Positions 11,692-23,172 of a stretch of DNA of 64,000 bases are shown in pieces. The position numbers and the translations under genes are program-made. The number at the start of each line of letters is the position of its first letter. Position 1 is the first letter of the stretch. The notes under the pieces were generated by a model. It saw nothing but the letters and a program-made list of their open reading frames with translations. It made no database searches and was not told where the DNA came from. The stretch is taken from assembly GCA_004764695.1 (NCBI GenBank), contig SMSO01000014.1:987648-1051647 (forward strand), read 5' to 3'. Source of the DNA: Schizochytrium sp. TIO01. Taxonomy: Eukaryota; Protista; Bigyra: Labyrinthulomycetes.

Positions 11692-14440
11692 TTTCAAATA
11701 TTCTGTAAAAGGCTAATTAAGCCCATCTGTCTCCGGGTAGGTCCGTCTTTATACCTTTGCCCATGTAGCTCGTTTCTTTAATTCTGTGAAAGCATTTCTT
11801 TAATATTTGTAAAACGTGAGTAATTCATCATCTAGACAGTTTTTGTCGGTGAGCTAAATGGGGTCCCTTCATGACGAGATTAGTGCGTTGGCGTGTTGCT
11901 TCGTCTTTAAAAACGCACAGCACTTCACGGAAAGCTTTCAGAATGAATCCAATGGATGGCATTGAAAGCATTCAACGCATCCAGCGTGAACGAGGTTTGC
12001 ATCTTGTGGCCTGAAGAATAAAACATTTCATCTTCTTTGATTGTGCAATTCAGGCACGTTAGTAGATAGAAGGGACCTCCAACTATGAGCTCTAAAATCT
12101 ATTGCTGTAGTTTGTGAACACAAACGACAGAAACTTCTTCGTCGGCCTTCATCTTCCCGAGGCCTACTAAAAAATGAAAAGGGTGTTGTTCGCTTGTTTT
12201 TTCACTTTCCCGACTTGTATAACCATATTTCGAGCGCTCAAATTATTATTATTTTTTTAAATTTTTTTTAAATTTTTTTTTCAGCAAGTATACACCCTTG
12301 GGCTCCTCGCATCATCGTTTCTTCTCTCAGTATTCAGCTATTCTTTCATATGCCTACTTTGACTCATCTCGCTTGATTCAGAAGAAGGTGAGCGGGGTGC
12401 TTGACCTGCTCATTCTTCAAGTCTTCACTCGACACACTGCACTTTCTCATGCAGAAGTGTTTACTCTGGGCCACGACCCAAAGCTAGTGCACGAGTAGTG
12501 CTAGGTACTGCTTTCGCAGGCCAGACATCATGACAATAACAAGATAAAGGTATATCCAGCATATTATAGTCTCTGGGTATAAGAGCAGTTCGTTTAAAAA
12601 TGTTATACTGACAAAGTAGTCCAGAAAAGTTGTTTTCGCCTTCTTTACACTTGAGACTCGAAGGATGACGTCCAAGTTGCAAAACTTAGTCTAGGAAGTA
12701 ACTCACTCCTATAATACCCCCAATAGTATAAACGACTCAGCTAAGCCTGCGGAACTAGATTCGCTCAAGGGGGCAGGGAATGCATACATGGACCTGCACG
12801 TGCCTATCTACTAGCGAAGTAAAGCAAAGTCGCGGACGATCCAGTAGCAGAACAGCAATCAATCGTAGAGTCAAAAAACTCTTGCGGAAGGCCTCGACTA
12901 ACATTCCAGATACTTTCAAGACGGCTTGTCGAACAGCGAAGTTTTGCCATCGGGCATGAAGACGAGGGCGGTTCTGAGCATGATGAGGATCTTGCCGTTC
13001 ATTAGAAAACTGTGATGGCTTTTTGGATGTACCTTGTAAAGAGAGGCTGGGGGTTTGCACGTGCTTACAAATAGGGTCCAGCCCGCGCAATTCAGCCTCG
13101 AATGGGCCTGATCGCCAGCAAAAGTTGCGATGAATCATGGTACCGCTTAAGTGACATGAAGATGTGCGAGCAAACGCTATATTCACGAGGAAGCCGAAAA
13201 GGGATTCGTCTTGAAGGGCGCCAATCTCGCAGAAAACCTCACGGGAGAAAAATTTGAAAGGTCGCATTTGCTGCAATAGAGAAAGGAGTGTGTGCGATTT
13301 ATTTCATCTTAAGTTTGGCTTGGATATGACCCTGTAAGTTCCAAGGAGTGAATCTTGCTTGGTCGAAAAGGAACTAGGCCGGACAATGAGTGGGTTTGTA
13401 CCAGCGGAGCAGATAGGTACTCGAAGTACCTTCTTAACACTCATGTGGATGCGAGTAGCGACTGTTAAACTATAGTTGGTTCCTAATGGGTGAGTTTGGA
13501 AAACTTAAAATCCTCCAAATCCAAGTCATCTCGGCATGTCCACTAAACCCGAGAGATGGGTGCGCGCCACAGAGCTGGTCACGGGCTGAGGCTTTCTCGA
13601 AACATGGCTTGGACATATCGAAGGAGGGACGCAGCTGCAGCAAAGCAAGCATTGGCTCCTCGCTCTAGTGCAAGGAAAGTCTTCAGGATGAAAGACTGTG
13701 CTGGCAAAACTGCGTCAGCATTTGCAAGACAGAGCCACCCTTTGTCGATCGTCTGGCTCAAGAAGCCCGGTCCGCAAGTTTAGAGGCGCTGAGAGGAGAG
13801 CGTGTGTGTTCTCTTGGTTTTTTCTTGCTCACCCTGAGGTGAAACGAGGTAGGGTGTCTCCTCACAGGCGGAATTCAGTCACGTTCTCCTCTGAAGGCCG
13901 ACCAAAATAGATAAATCACTCAATCTTGAACGGCTTACCATGCTGAGAGGCTTGTAGCAAGATAAACGCAAAACATCGAGCTGGAATTGTCACCCCTCTA
14001 AATGGGCAAATGAAAAGTAGACGAAAATAAAAGAAAAGAGGGAATCTTATCTTTGAAATCCTCTAGCAGCCGAACGAAGTAGAGCCCTCATAAGATCACT
14101 ACAACTACCGAAAGAGGCGCGCGAAAGCCGATGAGGCTTCTTGCTAACTTAAATAAACTCCCAGACCTCAGATTGCACAAAATAGGTAAAGTTGAGGTTG
14201 AGTTGGAGGGCCGCGAAAAAACCTCTTCTTCAAGATGTATGTTAATATGGCAAGGCCCCAAGCTTCTTGATGTCTAAACGTGTCACAAGAATAATGTTCA
14301 TAAACTTGCTAACAGAGCACAGTTGTGTATTTGTCCTCCTTTTTTGCGCATTGTAAACGTTTCACACTAGCCTTATGTGGGACCTGAAATTACTCTCCTC
14401 TTCTTTGAACAAGGAGGAAGAGCCCAGATAGGTAAAGTGC

Positions 14441-14450
14441 GCACGTGCAG
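14441..14450 (+). promoter_or_regulatory. GCACGTGCAG E-box-like element upstream of SLC34 copy 3
   Basis: Same 10-mer, 449 bp upstream of the ATG. A reverse-strand copy lies at 12794-12803. Confidence 0.6.
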
Positions 14451-14889
14451 AAACAGCCAGGACGACCTTCCCAGGCTCTTATCGCAGGTTTAAATGAAAA
14501 CAAGATTCTGAATGATTGGCTCAGCGGTTCGCGCGAAATTGAAACTTCTAGTGGTTATGATATTCCCAGGAGAAAGCGCAAGATATTACAGCTGTCTTGC
14601 GTCTCTTTCCAAGATTGCTAGAAGTGAAATAGGACACTTTTGGTAGTCCCCTTCCAATCATAAAGGACGCTACAATTCTCAAAGCCTCCAATTTCTCGCA
14701 TAGCACGTATACTAAAAGGAGTTCAATGGTTCCACCTCGGGAGGTTTGAATGTTTTCCAGACACAGCTTCCACTGAGAAGAAAAACTCATTCAGCAGGAG
14801 GTCGATAGTGCAAACTCTTCGATCTCAGCAAACCCCAATCTTCATCAAACCAAACCCTTAATAATAAGAAGAAGAATAACAAGTCGAAA

Positions 14890-16596
14890 ATGCCTCAGCT
14901 TAGCATGCCCCATCTCCACATGCCGCACCTTACCCCTAAAGGTGTGGCAAAGGGCCTAGGTCTCTTTCTTGGTATCCTTTTCTTTCTTTACTGGTTTCTA
15001 GTTGGTCTTGATCTTCTAGGTGGTGCCTTCAAGATTATTGCTGGCGCCTCCTCCGGGTCTCTCTTCAACTCTGTGTCAAATCCTATTGCTGGTCTCATGG
15101 TTGGTATCCTTTGTACTGTACTTGTACAGTCTTCTTCCACTACTACATCTATTGTTGTTGCCGCTGCTGGATCTGGAGTCCTTCCCGTCTCCACTGGTAT
15201 TCCGATGATTTTTGGTGCTAACATCGGTACTTCTGTCACCAACACCATCGTCTCTCTTGGTTTTGTCGGCGACCGTGAGCAGTACCGTCGCGGCTTCTCT
15301 GGTGCCACTGTCCACGATATGTTCAACTACATGAACGTCATCTTCTGGCTTCCCCTCGAATGCATTTCATCTGCTATCAACGGTGGTAATGGTGGTGTTC
15401 TGTATCTCCTCACTTACGAAATCGCTAAATCGTTTACTGCTTGTGAGGGCGAGTGCAGTGACTGGGATGGCCCACTTAAAGTAATCACTGCGGCTATTTC
15501 TGACAAAATCATTGACGTCGATTCTGATGTAATCAAGGATTTTGCTTATGGTGAACCCTCTATCGATCTCTGCAAGGAACTACTCTGCACTACGCAATAT
15601 AACTCCGACACCAACACTTGTTATAACCACAAGTTTAACCAGAAGCGTTGCGCCACCTCCGAATATGCTGTTGTCGGTCACTGTAACGAGTTCGGCAACA
15701 ATACCAAGGCCAAGGCCGAGTTCAACTACTGCATTCGTGACTCACTCAATGTGTCTGTCTCCGATATCACCGTCGACCAGGATGCCCTCTCTGGCGCTCT
15801 TGAGCACTTCAATACCTACAAGATCAACAAGGCTGGTGCCTTCTATGATGCTGGTATGAAGCAATCTGCCGCCGGCTGGGTCGCTCTTCTTTTGTCTCTT
15901 ACAATGCTCATTGGATCTCTTCTCTGCATGGTCAAGCTTCTCGGAATTGCAATCCGTGGTGCTGCTGAGGATGTGCTCAAGAAGGCTCTCAACATGAACG
16001 GCTACCTCGCGATTCTCGTTGGCTGTGGTGTGACAATGTTTGTGCAGTCATCTTCGATCACAACCTCGACTTTGACTCCTCTGGTTGCTATGGGTACCTT
16101 GACTTTGGAGGGTATGCTTCCGTTGACTTTGGGTGCCAACATTGGAACTACGTTGACCGGTGTTTTGGCATCGTTGGTGGGCTCCTCGGCTGATGGATTT
16201 CAGCTTGCTATGTGCCACGTATTTTTCAACGTGTTTGGTGTTCTGATGTTTTATCCTATTCCTCGGGTCCGTGCAATCCCTATCAACGCGGCGCGTCATT
16301 TGGGTGATCTTGCTGCTACGTTCAAGGCCTTCCCTGTGTTTTACATCATCATGTTGTTCTTGGTATACCCGGGCTTCCTTCTTGCTATCAGTATTGCCTA
16401 CGAAACAGGAAGTGCAGGTGGTATTGCTGGAGGCACCGTGGGTCTTCTTGTTTTTATTGCAATTCACGTTGGATTCTTCTGGTGGTACCTGCGTCGTGGA
16501 GGCAAGGAGGTCCTTGTTCGTCGCTTTGGTTTCGATGAAGATAAGCTTGAGAAAGATAAACTGGAGTCTTCTTCTGTTAACCCGATGGCTTTATAA
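14890..16596 (+). CDS. SLC34A: SLC34 Na+/phosphate cotransporter, copy 3 (568 aa, most divergent 5' half)
   Basis: Both QSSS/GANIGT repeats are present, the ORF is intact and the start context is aaaATG. Confidence 0.96.
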   Translation: MPQLSMPHLHMPHLTPKGVAKGLGLFLGILFFLYWFLVGLDLLGGAFKIIAGASSGSLFNSVSNPIAGLMVGILCTVLVQSSSTTTSIVVAAAGSGVLPVSTGIPMIFGANIGTSVTNTIVSLGFVGDREQYRRGFSGATVHDMFNYMNVIFWLPLECISSAINGGNGGVLYLLTYEIAKSFTACEGECSDWDGPLKVITAAISDKIIDVDSDVIKDFAYGEPSIDLCKELLCTTQYNSDTNTCYNHKFNQKRCATSEYAVVGHCNEFGNNTKAKAEFNYCIRDSLNVSVSDITVDQDALSGALEHFNTYKINKAGAFYDAGMKQSAAGWVALLLSLTMLIGSLLCMVKLLGIAIRGAAEDVLKKALNMNGYLAILVGCGVTMFVQSSSITTSTLTPLVAMGTLTLEGMLPLTLGANIGTTLTGVLASLVGSSADGFQLAMCHVFFNVFGVLMFYPIPRVRAIPINAARHLGDLAATFKAFPVFYIIMLFLVYPGFLLAISIAYETGSAGGIAGGTVGLLVFIAIHVGFFWWYLRRGGKEVLVRRFGFDEDKLEKDKLESSSVNPMAL

Positions 16597-19500
16597 AAAG
16601 ACTTTGCCAATGATAAATTTGTTCTGGGCATCCGATTTCGTCCAAGTAGATATGTCTCATTTCCTTTGTTTTAGAAAACCCTTCCTTTTACAATGATATT
16701 TTTTCACTGTGTCTTAATCTTCAGTATTCATGAGTGCGCTTTATTCGACTTAATTTGATCCTGCTAAGCAAGATTACATAGTTTTGCAGGGGAAAGTAAG
16801 ATGTAATACAGATTACATTTCGGCATCTAAAGTGCCAAATCGTTCATCTAGTTTAAAAAAACAATTAGTATTGTTGGATGTTCAAATCTTCAAATAGCAA
16901 TACTTGCGATGCTTGCTACACTGTTAATTATGATGATGAGCCAACATGCCACTGCAAAATTCCCCAAAAGAAACTTAATATTCACTGAAAAGTATATAAC
17001 GCGTTTCTCTTTTAATACGCAAAATTTTCGAGAAGAAAATTGTTTTGAGGGGAAGTTAAAAATAATTAATGATTGCTTTTTAAAAAAGTTGAGGAAAAAA
17101 TTGGTACACACAGTGCGTCTAGATCTTCCATAAACAAGATTCGGTTGGGGCCCTTTTGTTATTTAGTGGCCTTCCATTTCCAACTCTAAAAATGGTGCAT
17201 TCGTGCTTTGGAAGCGGACCCATTCGACATCCAAAGAATTTTACAAAACCATTGCCTCAAAGAGTATTTTCAGGGGGATACAGCAATTTGTCTGTTCTAA
17301 GCATAAGAGTAGTCTCGAACGCGGTTTCTGAGAATGGGCTGGTATCATCAAGGTTATTCACCTCAAGAGAGGCTCAATTTATAAACTTGTATGAGTTCGA
17401 ATCACAGGTAGGAGACTTTCTGGGATGATCACTAACGTTTAGACCCTTAGTGGTTGTTTCAGGTGGTAAGTCACTAAGTCGCAAGACTGCTCAATCCACT
17501 AAAGGGTCGAGCGCAATATCTTTAATAATTTAATTTTGTAGGCAATTGCACCGAGTACTAACGTCGTAGGGCAGCTTCCACAGTCTTTAAGAGTCTGAAC
17601 CTCTTCAAATTGACCCCAACTTTGACATCAAACCTATCATAGAACACACAAGAGTGTTGAGCACACATGTTTGCGCTCTTAGAACGGCATGTAGCTCCAC
17701 AGGAAGAGAAGTAAGAAGAAGGTACACTCAAAGAAGAAGCCGAAGATAGACTCTTTCCCGTAATATTTTTTATTTTATTTTAAAATAAGTTATACCTTTT
17801 TTAAAAACAACATCATTTATAAATTTTAAAAAGTTAGAATAACTTGAGGCTGTGAGGCTTCAGAATTTAACTTCAATGTGCACCAATGCAACTTCAACTT
17901 CATATTTTAAAATGTAGTAACCTGCAACAGATGTAAGAGATCATTCTGGTCGGAACATTCCTACGGACTGTTTCTGCTTCGAAAGAAAAAAGGAAAAAGA
18001 AAAAAATGAAAAAGAAGAAGAAGAATGCCATTTTCTATCTTCTACAATCGCAACCTTACAAAACGCCAAAAAAGTTTGGAGCAACATTTGCTTCTCTCCA
18101 CTTGCCTCCGGGTGTGCTCTTCAAATGCCAAGTCATTCAGCCAGGCACTTGTCCATCCATTCAGCCCGGCTAGTTCTGAAATCGCCCTGTCCAGATCAAT
18201 ACGTGCATGCAGAGTGGGCTGAGCCGAGCTGAGCTGAGCTGGGCTGAGCGAGCCACGCTGCACGGGCACTTTAATCTTGCATCCTTGCCCTGCGACCAAC
18301 GCTTCATGCAAACTTGCAGCGCGTTTTCAGGCACGCGAGGGCCACCGCGCTCAATGAGCTTCCAATAATCGAATCTTCGTATTAGGAGTTTGTTCTCCGT
18401 CTGCGAATCGATGAATAGATGGGTAAGTATGTTGTAAGCCTCTGCGTGCCTCACGTCCATCCATCCCCGACCCAATCCTCCCTCGGCCTAAAGGTCGAGC
18501 TTCTTTCATAAGGAATAACAATGTCGAAATTATATCGCAGTGACTGCACGCGCTGCGAGCTCGCGAATAGTGATAAGGTCTGCGGTATCTATGAGGCTAA
18601 AATCAGCGACGAGGTTCATCATCGAATTCGTTACTCTGAAGAGACAAAGCTGATGAAGCAGACTTTTGGTGGCCTTCCTGCACTAGTAAGGGCGTTTTGA
18701 GCGAACTTGAACGCTTTAAACGGCTGTGGACTCTTTATAAATCAAGGAAAGTCCCAACCTTCGCGTGAGAGAGTGTACCAGGAAACTACACTGGGGTATT
18801 GAATGCTCATTTTGAGAAAAGTGACTTACCTGCGTACAGCTGAAAGGAGGATCACAACTGTTGAAGTTTCGCATTGCCTTGGAGAGGCAAAAGACAAACT
18901 TTGGAGGGGAGCGTTCTATATTAAAACCAGAAGAGAGGAGAATAATGTCAGCTGAAAACTTGCTCGCACACATAGCAAGATCTAAGGGTGTCTAGAAGCC
19001 CTAAGTCCACTCATCCTGAACCAGAGCCGGGCGCTAGCCTATGCAGCACGCCTTATGCAGCTCGCTTCATTCGGTGCAAGTTTCTACGGCCCGTCTCGGT
19101 TTTGTAAATTGAAAACTTTCTTTTGTAATTTTAGAATAGAAGAAAGTCTGAACAGCTAGACTGTTCCATGGATGAGGCATTCAAGCAAGCCATTTGTGCA
19201 AACAACAAATAGCTGAAAACCCGAGTCAAGGGTGGCTGCGGAGAGGAGATACGCTGGTGCAGGGAAACGATTTGGGGTGTCTTGCAATTTTTCATCCTAC
19301 TTATTTATTTCTTATTTTTCTAATTTTAAAAAATAATGTAAATATATAAAACATTTATTTTTTATTCATTATTTAAAGTTTGTGGGGCTTTAAATAAGCA
19401 AACAAACACACCTTATATTTTAAACCAATCATGAAACTAACTCTTAAAATAGCCATTGTCCCGGCTAGGCCTTTTGATTGCACCAATGCTTCCCGTTCCA

Positions 19501-20141
19501 ACTATCGACATTGAGATTCTCTTGCATTTATTCGAAGCAAGCATCATTTAGTGATTCATTACCGAAGGATATTGGTTTTGGAGTCGTTGGTATCAGATGT
19601 TGAAACTATTTCATGATCAGCCAAGCAACTTCAGAAACACTGCCCAAAACTGTCAATGGACCAAACTGAGACACCGAATAGACCTTTGAGTGGGGTGCGG
19701 ATAGAAGATGCAGGATGGTTGGTCATGAAGCAAATTTGGACAACCTGGTGCTGGAATATCTCCATCTGATGCAAGGCACACAAATAGTCGCATCTTTCGT
19801 TTTTACAAAAAATTGTATTATGATTATAATGAAATGTAAAAATAACAGAGAGTCTTGGACAAATATTAACTGACTCATATATTTCCACAAAGCTGCTCGA
19901 GAGCATTTTAATTGTCAAAAGAGTAAACGATTTAAATATGTCAACATCCACTCCCCGTATTCCTCACTTGATCATAATAATCTCTCATGCTTGAGAGGAA
20001 ACGAAAGTGAACACATAAATGAAATTGCTAAGAGCCTCATACTCTCGTACGTTTCTCTAATATACTTAATTCAAATAGCGCTACTTTGGTTCAGAAAACA
20101 AAAGCAAAGCAAAAATCAAATTCAAAATTAAAACTAAAACT

Positions 20142-20240
20142 AAAACCAAAACCAAAACCAAAACCAAAACCAAAACCAAAACCAAAACCAAAACCAAAAC
20201 CAAAACCAAAACCAAACCAAAACCAAAACCAAAACCAAAA
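20142..20240. repeat. (AAAACC)n hexamer tract just upstream of SLC34 copy 4
   Basis: Read directly from the sequence; it ends about 57 bp before the ATG. Confidence 0.95.
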
Positions 20241-20297
20241 TCAACTTATCAAAAGTTGAAATTAGCATACTAGATTGCACTTTATTACCACCGAAGG

Positions 20298-21978
20298 ATG
20301 CAGATGCCGCATTTCACACCCAAGGGCTTAGCCCTTGGCTTTGGCCTTTTTGTTGGCATTCTCTTCTTTCTCTATTGGTTCCTCGTTGGTCTCGCTCTTC
20401 TCGGTGATGCATTTAAGATCATCGCAGGAGCTTCCTCGGGATCTCTCTTCAGTGCTGTATCGAACCCAATTGCTGGCCTTATGGTTGGTATTCTCTGCAC
20501 TGTCCTCGTTCAGTCATCCTCCACCACCACCTCGATCATTGTCGCAGCTGCTGGATCTGGAGTCCTTCCCGTCTCCACTGGTATCCCGATGGTCTTCGGT
20601 GCTAACATCGGTACCTCCGTCACCAACACTTTAGTTTCTCTTGGTTTTGTCGGTGACCGTGAGCAGTACCGTCGCGGCTTCTCTGGCGCCACCGTCCACG
20701 ATATGTTCAACTACATGAACGTCATCTTTTGGCTTCCCCTCGAGTCCATCTCTTCTGCTATCAATGGTGGCAACGGTGGTGTGCTTTACTTACTAACCTA
20801 CGAGATTGCCAAGTCCTTTACTGCTTGTGAGGGCGAGTGCGAGGACTGGGAGGGCCCTCTTAAGGTTATCACATCCGCCATCTCCAAGAAGATTATCAGT
20901 GTTGACAAGGATGTTATCAAGGATTTCGCTTACGGCAAGCCTTCCATCGATCTTTGCAAGGACTTCCTTTGTACTAGCCAGTACAACTCTGACACCAACA
21001 CTTGCCACAACCACAAGTTCCACCAGAAGCGTTGCGCCACCTCCGAATATGCTGTTGTCGGTCACTGTAACGAGTTCGGCAACAACACCAAGGCCAAGGC
21101 CGAGTTCAACTACTGCATTCGTGACTCACTCAATGTGTCTATCTCCGATATCACCGTCGACCAGGATGCCCTCTCTGGCGCTCTTGAGCACTTCAATACC
21201 TACAAGATCAACAAGGCTGGTGCCTTCTATGATGCTGGTATGAAGCAATCTGCCGCCGGCTGGGTCGCTCTTCTTTTGTCTCTTACAATGCTCATTGGAT
21301 CTCTTCTCTGCATGGTCAAGCTTCTCGGAATTGCAATCCGTGGTGCTGCTGAGGATGTGCTCAAGAAGGCTCTCAACATGAACGGCTACCTCGCGATTAT
21401 CGTTGGCTGTGGTGTGACAATGTTTGTGCAGTCATCTTCGATCACAACCTCGACTTTGACTCCTCTGGTTGCTATGGGTACCTTGACTTTGGAGGGTATG
21501 CTTCCGTTGACTTTGGGTGCCAACATTGGAACTACGTTGACCGGTGTTTTGGCATCGTTGGTGGGCTCCTCGGCTGATGGATTTCAGCTTGCGATGTGCC
21601 ACGTATTTTTCAACGTGTTTGGTGTTCTGATGTTTTATCCTATTCCTCGGGTCCGTGCAATCCCTATCAACGCAGCGCGTCATTTGGGTGATCTTGCTGC
21701 TACGTTCAAGGCCTTCCCTGTGTTTTACATCATCATGTTGTTCTTGGTATATCCCGGGCTTCTTCCTTGCCATTAGCATTGCTTACGATGCTAAGAATGC
21801 TGGAGGTATTGCTGGTGGTACTATTGCCATCATTGCTTTTATTGCAATTCACGTTGGATTCTTCTGGTGGTACCTGCGTCGTGGAGGCAAGCAGGTTTTA
21901 GTCAGCCGCTTTGGTTTTGATGAAGATAAAGATGGTGCCAAGGTTGATGATTCTCTGGCTCATCGGTACAGCCTCTAA
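20298..21978 (+). pseudogene. SLC34A: SLC34 Na+/phosphate cotransporter, copy 4, interrupted by a 1-nt insertion at about 21752-21758 (pseudogene or sequence error)
   Basis: ORF 20298..21776 matches the paralogues up to LVYPG and then stops. The missing C-terminus (PGFFLAISIAYDAKNAGG...HRYSL*) continues intact in another frame to 21978. Copy 4 reads gtatatcccgggc where copy 3 reads gtatacccgggc. Confidence 0.85.
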
Positions 21979-23172
21979 GTTTTCATTTCGTAGTATCTTC
22001 TGTTTAAACTTTCTGTGATTTGTTCAACCTAACTCTTCGTAGGGGAATGTGCATTTTTTTTCTACATGTTCACTCATCTTTAGTTGTTATTGCTTCGTCC
22101 AGCGTTGCGTTTACAATGATTGTTTCTGGCGTGAATGAGTTTACCTTCCCTTCGTACCAACACTTTTTAGTCCTTAAATAAAATATAATAATCTGCTGTT
22201 GCTAATTGAGACTACCTACTTGGAAATATGGAGATTGTGTGAATATTCTCAGCTCAATGCCTTGTGAAGAATCTTGTATCACACACTAAATAATGTTTTC
22301 ATTATGAATCTTGAAGCAAAATTTACGTATTCTGTTGCCGCCAATGGCAGGTGCTTTTTTGAGATCCTAATTTTTATCCCCTTTCACCTCGCTTGATGCA
22401 AGCAAGTTTTCCTGCTAGAATTTAGCCTATAGCTGTTTATAGGCTGTCGGTTTCCATGTTTTGGTTGTCCTCCCACTCATTCTCTCAACCACTGCCCATA
22501 CCAATCTTGAAACACATCATTCGGAGGTATTTCAACTGCGTGATCTGGTTCCTTTTCTGTACCTTTTGCACTTTACGGTTCTCCTGTTACATTTTTTCAT
22601 CATAAAATTCTCTCAAATAAACTTGAAGTTCTTATTATGCTCTGTAATCCCATGCGCTCTCCCATCGTCTCCTCACCGCGTTCTCCTTATGACACATATT
22701 CTAACTTTTCCTCTAGCTAGTTTCATAAAGGTCTCTCATGACTTTATCAAAACACCTTAAAATGTTAAGGTGCATCAGCGACCATCAGCGAAGCTTCTCG
22801 TTTGAGATTAGGCGGGTAAAGTGAACTAGAGAGAACTGCCTAGCTATACATAGGACTCTACTAAGAGATTTTGTTCCACAGTAGCAAGTTAATGTTTTGC
22901 GTTTATGGCATTAAATAGAGTGAAGCAAATTATATTTTACTATACAGAAACTGGTTTCTAAGTAGGTTATAGCCCAGCAAATAGACTTATCAGAAGAATA
23001 GATAGATAGACAGACAGACGGATAGAGAAGATAAAAGAGAAGTAAAGTCTCAACGATCGAAGTCGAGTGCGCGAAGGTACTTTGCGAGGACCTAACGCGA
23101 GGAGCAACGTGGCTGGAGCTACATTCTTTTCATATTCGCTTACGATAGACCATTTGACAACTACAGAGCAAA

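Noticed and set aside
17330-17415. tRNA suggested by GTTCGAATC
   Set aside because: The T-stem is mismatched and no acceptor stem or D-arm could be built.
20142-20240. Interstitial telomere
   Set aside because: The GGTTTT unit does not match a telomeric repeat I can support for this lineage; treated as a microsatellite.
5007-21779. Repeated alternative-frame and antisense ORFs inside the SLC34 genes
   Set aside because: Shadows of biased codon usage, repeated only because the host genes are paralogous.
4029-22248. Plant P1BS (GNATATNC) sites at 4029, 7383, 12550 and 22241
   Set aside because: The count is about what chance predicts for this degenerate motif.
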